A stretch of DNA of 64,000 nt, from NCBI GenBank assembly GCA_030041175.1, contig JASHOK010000030.1, positions 12,401-76,400 on the forward strand. Direction: 5' to 3'. Source of the stretch: Thermoplasmata archaeon (GTDB lineage: Archaea; Thermoplasmatota; Thermoplasmata; Lutacidiplasmatales; UBA184). The translations under genes were made by a program, and so were the position numbers. The notes below the pieces were generated by a model. It was not told where the DNA came from. It made no database searches and saw only the letters and a program-made list of their open reading frames with translations. Below are positions 43,023 through 52,233 of this stretch, piece after piece; position 1 is the first letter of the stretch, and each line of letters opens with the position of its first letter.

Positions 43023-43568
43023 ATGCCCCGGAACACCGATGCATCCGGGGGGGCTCCCCCCCGTATCCGGGCGGCTCGGTCCCGCGACTTGGAGGCCATC
43101 CGGTCGATCTACAACGAGGCGGTTCGGACCACGACGGCGACGTTTGATACGGTACCGCGGACGCGCCGGGAGCAGCGGGTCTGGTACTCTGCCCACGAGG
43201 GGCGCTACCCGGTCCTTGTCGTGGAGGCGGAGCACCGAGTGGTCGGCTGGGCGTCGTTGAGCGCGTGGTCCGACCGCCGGGCCTACCAGGATACGGCGGA
43301 GCTCTCGGTCTACGTGGCGTCAGCACATCGCGGCCATGGTTTCGGGAAGGCGCTCATGGTCGGGATCCTGGAGGCGGGCTGTCGACGGGGCCTTCGGACC
43401 GTCCTGGCTCGAGTCGCCGACGGTAACCCGGCAAGTCGAGGTCTTCACCTGAAGGTCGGATTTGTTCCGGTCGGCGTGATGCACCGCGTCGGGAAGAAAT
43501 TTGGTCGCCTGCTCGATGTCGAATTGCTCGAGTTCCACTGGGAACCGGAACCCGGCCCTCGGCACTAA
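43023..43568 (+). CDS. GNAT acetyltransferase, phosphinothricin/MnaT-like
   Basis: IRAARSRDLEAIRSIYNEAVRTTTATFDTVPRT...VVGWASLSAWSDRRAYQDTAELSVYVASAHRGHGFGKAL...NPASRGLHLKVGF. Confidence 0.8.
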   Translation: MPRNTDASGGAPPRIRAARSRDLEAIRSIYNEAVRTTTATFDTVPRTRREQRVWYSAHEGRYPVLVVEAEHRVVGWASLSAWSDRRAYQDTAELSVYVASAHRGHGFGKALMVGILEAGCRRGLRTVLARVADGNPASRGLHLKVGFVPVGVMHRVGKKFGRLLDVELLEFHWEPEPGPRH

Positions 43569-43622
43569 TGCGGCACTCCTCCTTCACTGCCTTTACATGA
43601 GGCGCCGGCCTACCCCGGCCGT

Positions 43623-44345
43623 ATGCCCCCGCGTCGGACCGCGACGGAGGCCGCCCACGACCAGAGCCCGAAGATCGTCGTGACGGAGAACGGGCCGTAC
43701 GAGGTCTCGGGAAGGATCGCGCTTCAGCTCCAGACGATTCAATCGAATTCAGAGGGCATGTCCTGGGAATGGGTCGCCGGGCGTACGTTCGACACCGAGG
43801 AGACCTACTACCTCTGTCGGTGCGGTCGCTCGGGGCACAAGCCGTTCTGCGATGGAACCCACGCCAAGGTCCGCTTCAACGGTCGGGAGCGAGCTTCGAG
43901 AGAGTCGTACGATCGTCAGGCGGGCGTGCTCGACGGCCCCACGCTGACTCTGCAAGACGCCGAGCCATTGTGTGCGTTTGCCCGTTTCTGCGATCCGGAG
44001 GGGAAGATCTGGGGTCTGGTCCCGGCTTCGGACGATCCTCGCGCCCGCGAGCTCGCGATGAGGGAGGGCATGCGGTGTCCGGGCGGGCGGCTCGTCGTTC
44101 ACGAAAAGCCGTCGGGGAAGGCGGTGGAGCCGGACCTGCCTCCATCCGTCGGGGTTGTCGAGGATCCGGCGATGGAGTGCAGTGGCGGGCTGTGGGTCCG
44201 GGGCGGCATCCCGGTCGAGTCTGCGGACGGACGTCGTTACGAGGTTCGGAACCGCGTGGCGCTCTGTCGATGCGGCGGCTCCAGCAACAAGCCGTTTTGT
44301 GACGGTACTCACGCGAGCATCAAGTTCCGCGACGGACTTGGCTGA
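43623..44345 (+). CDS. CDGSH iron-sulfur domain protein (two CDGSH motifs)
   Basis: YYLCRCGRSGHKPFCDGTHAKV and ALCRCGGSSNKPFCDGTHASI both fit C-x-C-x2-S-x3-P-x-CDG(S/T)H. Confidence 0.85.
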   Translation: MPPRRTATEAAHDQSPKIVVTENGPYEVSGRIALQLQTIQSNSEGMSWEWVAGRTFDTEETYYLCRCGRSGHKPFCDGTHAKVRFNGRERASRESYDRQAGVLDGPTLTLQDAEPLCAFARFCDPEGKIWGLVPASDDPRARELAMREGMRCPGGRLVVHEKPSGKAVEPDLPPSVGVVEDPAMECSGGLWVRGGIPVESADGRRYEVRNRVALCRCGGSSNKPFCDGTHASIKFRDGLG

Positions 44346-44374
44346 GTCTTCCGGCAGTCGGTTGCCGCGCCGAT

Positions 44375-44692
44375 CTAGACGTACTGCTGGTCGGTCGGGC
44401 AGTAGTAGCGCCCGTACTGGGCGACCCAAACCGTGGGCTTGCCGCACTTCGGGCACGGGGGCCCGTTGGCCTGTCCGGGGGCGCCGCCGGGCGCGGCGTA
44501 GCCCGTCGGGGCTGGCGACGCGTAGGTCTGAAACTCCTGGACGGGCACCTTCTCTCGCGTGAAATAGTACAAGATCGCCGCCGGCCAGCAAATGATCACC
44601 AACAGGATCAGAATCCAGAGGGTGTACTTTCGCTTGTACTGAATCGGGCCAGCTACCGCAGACATCTGCTGAGGCTGGGGTGGGTAACCCAT
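44375..44692 (-). CDS. Small membrane protein with a C-terminal zinc-ribbon-like CPKC...C motif
   Basis: MGYPPQPQQMSAVAGPIQYKRKYTLWILILLVIICWPAAILYYF...PCPKCGKPTVWVAQYGRYYCP. The start was placed at the ATG (CAT at 44690-44692), 30 nt downstream of the minus-strand TTTATG element. The track start at 44719 would overlap the divergent gene. Confidence 0.55.
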   Translation of the reverse strand: MGYPPQPQQMSAVAGPIQYKRKYTLWILILLVIICWPAAILYYFTREKVPVQEFQTYASPAPTGYAAPGGAPGQANGPPCPKCGKPTVWVAQYGRYYCPTDQQYV

Positions 44693-44708
44693 GGTGCGGC
44701 CCATCCGC

Positions 44709-44724
44709 TTTAACCTCATAAACC
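44709..44724. promoter_or_regulatory. Candidate bidirectional AT-rich promoter element (TTTAACCTCATAAACC)
   Basis: TTTAAC (plus strand) lies 31-36 nt before GTG 44745. TTTATG (minus strand) lies 25-30 nt before the ATG at 44692. Both would give leaderless mRNAs. Confidence 0.35.
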
Positions 44725-44744
44725 TCGGGGTAAAGCCGGGTGGG

Positions 44745-45254
44745 GTGTTGGAAGAACCGTCCAGTCCGCCGGACCTCGTGCCGGAATGGGAGTACCTGCT
44801 TTCCCACCACGAACCCGCCCGGTACCGCCGGACACTACGAGTCCGACTGGGTCGCGCTCAAGTGCACGTCTGTTCCCGATGCACGGGTCAGCTCCTAGGC
44901 GGATTGGCCGCCGCCGCGCTCTTGCTGCTGGTGAGCCGCGCCCCTGCGCTGGTGTTCAGCCCCGGCGTACTGATCGTGGTTGCCTTCCTGCCCGCACCGG
45001 CGACGTACGACTGGCTCTCGCAAACCATCCGAGGAAGGGAGTCCACGAACGTGCGCAGAGTCGCGTCGGGGTCGGTGCTGGGGTTCTCGTGGGTAGTTCT
45101 CTTGGCGCTGCTCCTCAGCCGTCAGTGGACCCTCTTCCTCGGAGGAATTGTCATCGCCGCGGGCTATGCGCTCGTCGTGGGGCTCGCCCTCCGCCTTTCG
45201 GGTGCTTGGGTTCGCGTCATTCACGACCACTTCCCGGGGATCGCCGTAGATTGA
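44745..45254 (+). CDS. DUF2085-like membrane protein
   Basis: VHVCSRCTGQLLGG, followed by 4 TM helices, resembles the CxRCxG motif of DUF2085. The track start is ATG 44691; GTG 44745 is preferred on promoter geometry. Confidence 0.55.
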   Translation: MLEEPSSPPDLVPEWEYLLSHHEPARYRRTLRVRLGRAQVHVCSRCTGQLLGGLAAAALLLLVSRAPALVFSPGVLIVVAFLPAPATYDWLSQTIRGRESTNVRRVASGSVLGFSWVVLLALLLSRQWTLFLGGIVIAAGYALVVGLALRLSGAWVRVIHDHFPGIAVD

Positions 45255-45623
45255 ACTTCCCCCCGTTCCAGGGGGCGGGGGAAGTCGGGGACATTTCCCG
45301 GGTCCGGAGGACGGGACCTGGCGAACGGATCCGGGAACGGTCCCCTACGGAAACCTGCGACCCGTCTCAAAGTCCGATGGGATTTTGAGGCGGTTGGCAG
45401 TGCAGGGCTCTGGGCCGTAAGGCCCCCTCCGCGACCGTGGCCGTACACAACCGCACGGTCGCGGGGGCCCCGACGCGACGAGCTCCTCGCGCTCGCCCCG
45501 AGTACGCATTTAGTAGCCGGCATGAGGCGGACCTCGAGAGGCGATCGAGGCACGAGCGACGCCCCGTCGTCGCCACCCTGCGCGCCGAAATGGCTAAGGG
45601 GTGCTCCGGATGCGAGGCGCTCA

Positions 45624-45698
45624 GGGCCCATAGCTTAGGCTGGCTGGAGCACCCGGCTGATAACCGGGAGGTCGTCGGTTCAAATCCGACTGGGCCCA
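45624..45698 (+). tRNA. tRNA-Ile (anticodon GAU)
   Basis: Hand fold: GGGCCCA-TA-GCTT-AGGCTGGCTG-GAGC-A-CCCGG-CTGATAA-CCGGG-AGGTC-GTCGG-TTCAAAT-CCGAC-TGGGCCC-A. All stems are complementary. 75 nt, no encoded CCA. Confidence 0.92.
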
Positions 45699-45827
45699 CG
45701 TTCCCTGAAGGAATTGTCCTCCCGGCACAATTTCTGAATTGTCACCCCGTCACCGCCGTTGACGCCGCGGGCCGGTTCGGTCCCTGGACTGAGTGCCGAC
45801 CCGGGCCCTCACTCGCCCGCGCGTGGG

Positions 45828-46277
45828 TTACGGTGCAGCTGAAGGAGCCGAGTTGAGTGGCGCCCGGCCAAAGAGTGCCATCAAGATAATCCCGAGCAGC
45901 ATCGCGCCCGCGAAGCCTTCCATTCCATCGAGGGCGTACTGGTTCTGACCTGCGAAGAGAAAGAGGAGACCGGAAACGGTGGCAGCGAGGGTCGAGCCAT
46001 GCGTTACTCCCGCCGCATACAGCCCTCGGCGCTGACCGCTTCGCAGCGCGACGCCGACCGCGAAGCCCGTCAGGAGGACGGCGAGTACGGCTACGATCAC
46101 GTGTGCCGCGAGCAGATCCGTGGGATAGGGGCTACCATCAATGGCGAGCGTATTGCCGAGTACGACCTCCGCGATCCAAAGCGCCAGCACGGGTATTGCG
46201 AGGATCCGGAGGGGCACCAAGGGAGCTCCGGAAGTCGGCCCCGACGTTGTGGGATCCGCGCTCAGGTTCGCCTCCAC
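45828..46277 (-). CDS. Hypothetical 4-TM membrane protein
   Basis: Four hydrophobic segments (LRILAIPVLALWIAEVVLG, LLAAHVIVAVLAVLLTGFAVGVAL, GSTLAATVSGLLFLFAG, FAGAMLLGIILMALFG). GTG start. Confidence 0.55.
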   Translation of the reverse strand: MEANLSADPTTSGPTSGAPLVPLRILAIPVLALWIAEVVLGNTLAIDGSPYPTDLLAAHVIVAVLAVLLTGFAVGVALRSGQRRGLYAAGVTHGSTLAATVSGLLFLFAGQNQYALDGMEGFAGAMLLGIILMALFGRAPLNSAPSAAP

Positions 46278-46570
46278 CCACTTCTAGAGAGTGCTGACAT
46301 TAGAGATCGCCCGGGCTCGCGCCATCGCTTAGCCCCCGGGCCAGTCCGAGGCTCCTACTTAACCCCGGACTGCCCGGAGTTGAGGCACGGACCCGACACC
46401 CCACAGGGCGATCGGCGTCAGCTTTCGAGTCAGCCGCTGAGCATGGCCACTCCGCGAAGGGAGTTCTTTGTGTTTGCCCGGCCCAGCGGTCTACCTCTTG
46501 CCGGAATTGCCCCGGCAGAAATGCCGGACCTCGCTGGAGCTCCGAGGAGCCGACCCCCGCACTAGCGGCC

Positions 46571-47017
46571 TTAGGCGGACCCGGGCCGCACGACCAGCAC
46601 CGAACACTTAGCGTGGTGGATGACCCCGTCGCTAACGCTGCCCAGCAGAAGGCGCCGCGCCCTCGACAACCCCCGAGCTCCCATGACCAATAGGTCGGGC
46701 CGGCGATCGTCCAGGTACGTCAGAATTTCCTCCACCGGTTCGCCCTGCATGAGCTCCTTTGTCACGGTCGAAAGGCCGGCTCGACGGGCCGCTTCCAGGG
46801 CACGACTGAGGAGCTCCTCGAACAGTCGGAGGTCCTCCTCTCGAGGTTCAACGACCTCGGCTCGCCGTTGCACCGAATAGACCGTATGGGCCGGCACCAC
46901 GGCCAGAACCGTCAGCGCCGCCGAGAAAACTTTGGCCAGCTGGACCGCCTCGTCCAGTGCCCGCTGGGCGCCCGGCGAACCATCGATTGCCACCACCATC
47001 GAGCGAAGTTCGGACAC
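46571..47017 (-). CDS. Universal stress protein (UspA family)
   Basis: MVVAIDGSPGAQRALDEAV...DLLVMGARGLSRARRLLLGSVSDGVIHHAKCSVLVV (ATP-binding G-2x-G-9x-GS motif). Confidence 0.88.
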   Translation of the reverse strand: MSELRSMVVAIDGSPGAQRALDEAVQLAKVFSAALTVLAVVPAHTVYSVQRRAEVVEPREEDLRLFEELLSRALEAARRAGLSTVTKELMQGEPVEEILTYLDDRRPDLLVMGARGLSRARRLLLGSVSDGVIHHAKCSVLVVRPGSA

Positions 47018-47113
47018 AGGATTCGTCAGGCGGCGGCCGTTTTAGTCCAGACCGTCAAGCGCACGTGACGTCCTCCCGGAATCCGCATCGCTCATAGCCC
47101 GGTCCGGCTGAGC

Positions 47114-47947
47114 TTGTCCGAGGGAATCCTCGTGGTGCAGAGGGTCAAGACCTCGCCTCCCCGTTCTCGGCGTCGCCCCCGGGACCACGTTCGGGTCAAC
47201 CGCCGACACTGGGACCGGCTCAGTGCCTCGTATGACCGACGATATCGTAGGGTCCTCGGCGGTCGGTTCGCCCGTGCCTGGGGAGTCTGGCGCATTCCGG
47301 AGCGCCACCTCGGTCTTCTCGGCCCGGTGCGGGGGAAGTCGGTACTGGAGCTCGGATGTGGGGCGGCGCGCTGGTCCATCGCTCTCAGTCGGCTGGGGGC
47401 GCGTTGCGTCGGCCTGGACCAGTCTGGGGGGCAACTGCGCCACGCTCTCCGTGAACGCGCTCGGGGCGGGCGGGCCGTATCGCTCGTTCGCGCGAACGCC
47501 GAGCAGACGCCGTTTCCTAATGCGTCGTTCGACCTCGTCTTTTGCGACTGGGGGGCCATGACCTTCTGCGACCCGTACCGCACCGTACCCGAGGTGGCCC
47601 GACTCCTACGCCCGGGTGGGAGATTCGTCTTCGCGACGAGCACTCCGATTTTTGTGATCACCGACGACCGCCGGCACGACCGACCCACGCGCAAGCTGAG
47701 ACGCTCGTACTTCGACCTCTACCGGATCGAGGACTCGCGGGAGGTCGAGTTTCAGCTTCCATATGGGGTATGGATCGACCTCTTCCGGAACAATGGCTTC
47801 GTCATCGATCGCTTGATCGAGCCCCGACCGGGCCCTCGGACGCGTAGCAAATACCTGACCGCTGCAGAGTCCCGCTGGTCGCGTCAGTGGCCGAGAGAGG
47901 CCATCTGGCAGCTTCGGAAGCTCCCTTCCGGGCGGAGCGCCGGATGA
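47114..47947 (+). CDS. Class I SAM-dependent methyltransferase
   Basis: KSVLELGCGAARWS (motif I), CVGLDQS, FDLVFC, LLRPGGRFVF. TTG start. Confidence 0.8.
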   Translation: MSEGILVVQRVKTSPPRSRRRPRDHVRVNRRHWDRLSASYDRRYRRVLGGRFARAWGVWRIPERHLGLLGPVRGKSVLELGCGAARWSIALSRLGARCVGLDQSGGQLRHALRERARGGRAVSLVRANAEQTPFPNASFDLVFCDWGAMTFCDPYRTVPEVARLLRPGGRFVFATSTPIFVITDDRRHDRPTRKLRRSYFDLYRIEDSREVEFQLPYGVWIDLFRNNGFVIDRLIEPRPGPRTRSKYLTAAESRWSRQWPREAIWQLRKLPSGRSAG

Positions 47948-49014
47948 GCGGGAAAGTCCGGGCCCGTGACCTGGACATACCCTTCGAAGGCACACCGGGC
48001 CGCTGGAACGCTATTACTGACGTTCCCGGGGTGCGCGTAGGGCACACGACGCTCATCCGTGACGGGAAGTCCGACGCGTCCGACGCAGTGCGTACCGGTG
48101 TGACGGTCGTCGTTCCGAAGCCTCGGACCGAACAGGAGGCAGTCTTCGCCGGTTGGTTCCGGCTCAATGGCTACGGCGAGCTCACGGGAACGGCATGGAT
48201 CGATGAGGCCGGTCTGCTGGACGGCCCGGTCGTGACTACGAACACTCATAGCGTCGGCGTGGCTCATGCCGCGATCGCCGCCTACGCCCATGGGCGACGG
48301 CTGGGCGAAGAGCGCTGGTCCCTTCCGGTGGTGGGGGAGACGTGGGACGGCTACCTGAACGACCTCTGGGGCGACAACGTGACCAGTCAACACGTGCTCT
48401 CAGCGCTGGCAGAAGCCCAGGACGGGCCCGTCGCAGAGGGTAGCGTCGGCGGCGGAACTGGCACGATCGCCTACGAGTTTAAGGCGGGAATAGGGACGGC
48501 GTCTCGGAAGGTCTCGAGCGCGAGCGATTACACTCTTGGCGTATTGGTACAGTCGAACCAAGGGCGCCGGGAACAGCTCCAGATCGCCGGGGTCCCGGTC
48601 GGCCGGGAGTTTGCCGAGGACCGTACGAAGGAGCCCGACAGTGGCTCGATCATCGGCATCGTCGCCACGGATGCTCCCCTCCTTCCCCATCAGCTCAAGC
48701 GGCTTGCCCGCCGGTGTGCTCTGGGGCTCGCGCGGAGCGGCAGCGTCTCGGGCCACGGCTCCGGGGACCTCTTTCTCGCATTCTCCACGGCGAACGATGG
48801 CCAGGTGGAGGGACCCAAGGAGCGGCGGCTCGCGGCACTGCCCGAGGACGCACTGAATCCCTTCTTCGCTGCCGTCGTCTCCGGGCTCGATGAGTCTGTC
48901 ATCAACTCCCTTGTGGCGGCCGAGACGATGAGCGGATTGCACCATCGCCGGGCAGTCGCGCTGCCCCACGATCGCCTCAGATCCGTCCTGAAACGACACG
49001 GGCGCCTCGGGTAG
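47944..49014 (+). CDS. Peptidase S58 (DmpA-type aminopeptidase), paralogue 2
   Basis: ATGA overlap with the methyltransferase. ITDVPGVRVGHTTL...TGVTVVVP...GNGELTG...GGGTGTIAYEFKAGIGTAS...GSIIGIVATDAPLLPHQLKRLARRCALGLARSGS...GSGDLFLAFSTAN. Confidence 0.85.
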   Translation: MSGKVRARDLDIPFEGTPGRWNAITDVPGVRVGHTTLIRDGKSDASDAVRTGVTVVVPKPRTEQEAVFAGWFRLNGYGELTGTAWIDEAGLLDGPVVTTNTHSVGVAHAAIAAYAHGRRLGEERWSLPVVGETWDGYLNDLWGDNVTSQHVLSALAEAQDGPVAEGSVGGGTGTIAYEFKAGIGTASRKVSSASDYTLGVLVQSNQGRREQLQIAGVPVGREFAEDRTKEPDSGSIIGIVATDAPLLPHQLKRLARRCALGLARSGSVSGHGSGDLFLAFSTANDGQVEGPKERRLAALPEDALNPFFAAVVSGLDESVINSLVAAETMSGLHHRRAVALPHDRLRSVLKRHGRLG

Positions 49015-49094
49015 CCGGTCCCGCTTCCGGCCGAGTCTTCCTATCGACGGGACCTCGTCCGGCGCAGACCGCTTGTCGAGGGACTCCAAAGGTC

Positions 49095-49102
49095 CTAAAT
49101 AG
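49095..49102 (+). promoter_or_regulatory. Candidate TATA box (CTAAATAG) for the binding-protein gene
   Basis: AT-rich element 36-43 nt upstream of ATG 49138, followed by an A-run (GAGAAAAAA). Confidence 0.4.
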
Positions 49103-49137
49103 CGAGAAAAAATGCACCGGCCTGCCGGGTTTTTCCG

Positions 49138-52100
49138 ATGGCACATCCCGAGGGCCGCCCCGGGTCTTTCCGCCGTTCCCGATCGCTTGGCGACGACCGC
49201 GCTCTCGGGCGGGTCGCGGCAGTCATCGTGCTGGTTCTGGTGGTTGTCGTCGCAGGGGCCGTCACGTACGTCGCCTATCCGGGCACCAAGACGACCTGTC
49301 AGCCGGTCAACGATCCCGTCTGCGTCCCCGCCGCGCTCAGCACCGATGACCTGGGTCTCCTGGCACCGCTGAAAACAGTTCAGCAGGGCGTGCCGATACC
49401 CTTCACCGCCATCGTTCCCTCGCAATATCGCGCCACGAGTTTTAGTTTCAACTTCGGCGACGGAACCTACAACAACACTACTTCACCGACCGTGACGCAT
49501 GCTTTCGCCGAACCGGGGGTCTACGCCGTGTCGGTCTCGGCCGACATCAGCGGAGTGACCCACACGAACGACCACGCACTGGCCGAGATCGCCGTCGCAA
49601 CGTCCTACGCATCGGACTCCCTCGGTACGATCCCGACCGATGTGCTTTCGCTGGTGTCCAACACCACGTCGACCTCGAACCCCACATCCCTCATCCTCAC
49701 GGGAGAAAGTGTCACGTTTGACGGAACCTACACGCTCCCGCCGACGAACCCGCTGTACTCGCTCGGGACGGCCCGCATCATCTCGCCGGGCGGAACGCTC
49801 ACGAGCTCGACCAACACCTCTCAGGGCCTGGCAGCCACCTACACCTACTCCAAGCCCGGGACCTATGAGGCAACCTTCGTCGGCTCCGGAGTCGCGGCGG
49901 GACTCCCGACCAGCTACCTGAACTTCTCTTACACGATCAAAGTGGGTACGTCCGGAGCGGGGTATGCGTTCGCCGGCCTCTCCTCGGCCGTCGACCCGCA
50001 CCCGGGTCAGATCATCTCGTATGAGGACTACTCGGGCGGAGCCACGACCTTTGACCCGGCCATCGACTACGATCTCGCAGGGTACGAGGTCGTCGGCAAC
50101 GTCTACCAGCAGCTCGTGCTCTACAACGGAAGCGCGGCGGGCCCGAACCCGAGCGACTACATCCCCGAGATCGCCACGTGTGTACCCGGCAGCCAGGAGT
50201 GCGCGACGCTGTACAACGGCGATGACCTGGTTCAGGGAACGAACTACACTTTCGTGATCAGCAGTACACCGCAGTTCTACGACCCGTACGACGTGGTCAA
50301 TGGAGTCCATCCGTCCTGGGGGGTCTATCCGTCGGATGTGCTGTTCTCCATCCTGCGAACGCTCGGCTTCGTGAACGAGCCCTACGTTTCGTTCACGAAC
50401 GGATGGATCATCAGCCAGTCGTTGCTTCCAGGCGGAAATTCGAGCTGGGACAGCGGCTACCACGCGACCTTCAACAACACCCCCGAGTACATGTTCGCCT
50501 CCATGACGATCAACGGCACCGACTGTCCGTCCATCGCGCTCACCGAAGAGCACGGATGCATCACGTTCCACGCCAACGCCAGCAACAGCTACGGTGATTC
50601 ATGGCCGTTCTTCCTCGAACTCATCTCCGACCAACAGGGAGGCAGCATCGTCTCGTGCGGATGGTTCAGCAGCCCGGCGCAGGGTCAGGGAATCCCGGGC
50701 TGGACCCTCGACAATGCTTCGGACCAGGGCCCCCATCCGTGCCGTGCACCCACGGCCGCACAGGTCGCCGCGATGTCGCCGACCTCTTTCGACAACTGGG
50801 AAACGTCGTACTACAACGCCGTCACCGGCCAGTACCTGGGGAATACGCAGTGGAGAATGGTCGGCTCGGGCCCGTACTATCTGTCGGGCTTCGAGCTCGG
50901 CGAGAGCTACGACCTTGGCGCCAACCCGGCGTATCAGTCGAACCCGCTCTGCACCTGGTCGGAGTGTCAACCGCCCGCCGGACAGTATGCACCGGTGGTC
51001 CACGTGGTCTGGGAATCCGACCCGACGATCGGAGAGCAGTCCTTTGCATCGGGTGTAGCCGACTTCGCCAGCTTCCCGGCGACCGATACCGGCTTCATGC
51101 TGCAGCTCATCGAGGACGGGAAGGCCCAGGCGCTCATCATTCCGTCTCTGGCGGTGAACACCCTCTTCTTCGCCCTCAACTTTAGCGAGTCTGCCGCGTC
51201 TTCGTTCTCGCCCAACCCGCTCACGATCCCGTCGAACTTCTTCAGTTATCTCGGCATGCGACAGTTCATGGTGCACGCCTACCCGTATGCGTCGGTTCAG
51301 TCCACGGTCAACACCGTTGACGGGATCCAATACGCGTTCGACTTCGGAGGCGCGATCCCGGACTTCATGGGTGACTATTACCCGCACAACATCGATTGGC
51401 CGAGCGGGAATCCGTGCGCGAACGCGACGAATCCGAACTGTCCGGCGTACTGGTGGGCGCAGATGCTCAACAAGACGGGCCCCTATTACGACCCCGACGC
51501 CGCGAGCTGCACGGTCGCGAGTCCCTGCCGGTTCTCGATCTACAATTCAGCCGGCGATTTCGCCGAGGACTCGCGCATTGACCTCTACGCCGCGGCCGTC
51601 GCCAACGCGAGCGGCGGCAAGATCCAGATGACGCTCGTGGACATTCCGGCCGAAACGCTTGGGCTGGAAGGCACGGCCGGCCCCGGGACGAACGCCCTGC
51701 CGATGGAGACCGGGGTCTGGTACCCCGACTACCCCGACCCGACGGACTACGTGGGCATCTTCTACTTCCCGGACCAGACGTTCACGTTGCCCGAGTCCAC
51801 CGCCGAGGGCCTGGGCTCGTCGTACGTTACGACGACTCCCAATGCGTTCAATTCGACGCTGCCCAATGGCCAGGCATGTCCGACCAACGCCGGCTTCTAC
51901 GACAACATCTCCGCTGCCGGTTACGCGGTCGTTCCCCAATCCTGCCAGGGGGCGGCCTACGACGCGATGGTTGGGCTCATGACGGCCGCGGGAGCGCTGC
52001 CGGCGGGCCCGCAACGGGTCCTCGAGTACACCGAAGGCGAGGAGATCGCAAACCAGCTGGCGATCATGATCAGCGAGTACCAGATCAACATCGTCGTGCC

Positions 52101-52209
52101 GTACGCGTCGTGGATCAATCCGTCCTCCGTCTCTACGAACGTGATCTACGCCGGCTTCTTCTGGTGGTGGCTGGTCAACGGTAACGGGGTCCTCGCGTCG
52201 TCGACCTAA
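49138..52209 (+). CDS. Membrane-anchored extracellular solute-binding protein (family 5, peptide/oligosaccharide type) with an N-terminal PKD domain; 1023 aa
   Basis: TM anchor VAAVIVLVLVVVVAGAVTYVAY. PKD signature FSFNFGDGTYNNTTSPTVTHAFAEPGVYAVSVSA. SBP_bac_5-like core (ISYEDYSGGATTFDPAIDYDLAGYEVVGNVYQQLVLY...). Many N-x-S/T sequons. Confidence 0.8.
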   Translation: MAHPEGRPGSFRRSRSLGDDRALGRVAAVIVLVLVVVVAGAVTYVAYPGTKTTCQPVNDPVCVPAALSTDDLGLLAPLKTVQQGVPIPFTAIVPSQYRATSFSFNFGDGTYNNTTSPTVTHAFAEPGVYAVSVSADISGVTHTNDHALAEIAVATSYASDSLGTIPTDVLSLVSNTTSTSNPTSLILTGESVTFDGTYTLPPTNPLYSLGTARIISPGGTLTSSTNTSQGLAATYTYSKPGTYEATFVGSGVAAGLPTSYLNFSYTIKVGTSGAGYAFAGLSSAVDPHPGQIISYEDYSGGATTFDPAIDYDLAGYEVVGNVYQQLVLYNGSAAGPNPSDYIPEIATCVPGSQECATLYNGDDLVQGTNYTFVISSTPQFYDPYDVVNGVHPSWGVYPSDVLFSILRTLGFVNEPYVSFTNGWIISQSLLPGGNSSWDSGYHATFNNTPEYMFASMTINGTDCPSIALTEEHGCITFHANASNSYGDSWPFFLELISDQQGGSIVSCGWFSSPAQGQGIPGWTLDNASDQGPHPCRAPTAAQVAAMSPTSFDNWETSYYNAVTGQYLGNTQWRMVGSGPYYLSGFELGESYDLGANPAYQSNPLCTWSECQPPAGQYAPVVHVVWESDPTIGEQSFASGVADFASFPATDTGFMLQLIEDGKAQALIIPSLAVNTLFFALNFSESAASSFSPNPLTIPSNFFSYLGMRQFMVHAYPYASVQSTVNTVDGIQYAFDFGGAIPDFMGDYYPHNIDWPSGNPCANATNPNCPAYWWAQMLNKTGPYYDPDAASCTVASPCRFSIYNSAGDFAEDSRIDLYAAAVANASGGKIQMTLVDIPAETLGLEGTAGPGTNALPMETGVWYPDYPDPTDYVGIFYFPDQTFTLPESTAEGLGSSYVTTTPNAFNSTLPNGQACPTNAGFYDNISAAGYAVVPQSCQGAAYDAMVGLMTAAGALPAGPQRVLEYTEGEEIANQLAIMISEYQINIVVPYASWINPSSVSTNVIYAGFFWWWLVNGNGVLASST

Positions 52210-52233
52210 GACGACCCGGTCGAGGGGCTCCGC

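Noticed and set aside
45255-45623. Assigning the structured spacer upstream of tRNA-Ile to RNase P RNA or SRP RNA.
   Set aside because: I could not find CR-I (GAGGAAAGUCC), CR-V (ACAGAACCCGGCUUA), GGGUGAAA, or the SRP helix-8 GGAA/AGCA motifs on either strand. Only loose resemblances appear (CAAAGTCCG, GGTCCGGAGGA). It is kept as an unassigned ncRNA candidate in the findings.
46278-46570. A 39-aa ORF (MATPRREFFVFARPSGLPLAGIAPAEMPDLAGAPRSRPPH) in the 290-nt spacer upstream of the 4-TM protein gene.
   Set aside because: It is short, has low complexity, lacks promoter-like AT-rich elements at the right distance and has no motif. It is insufficient to call.
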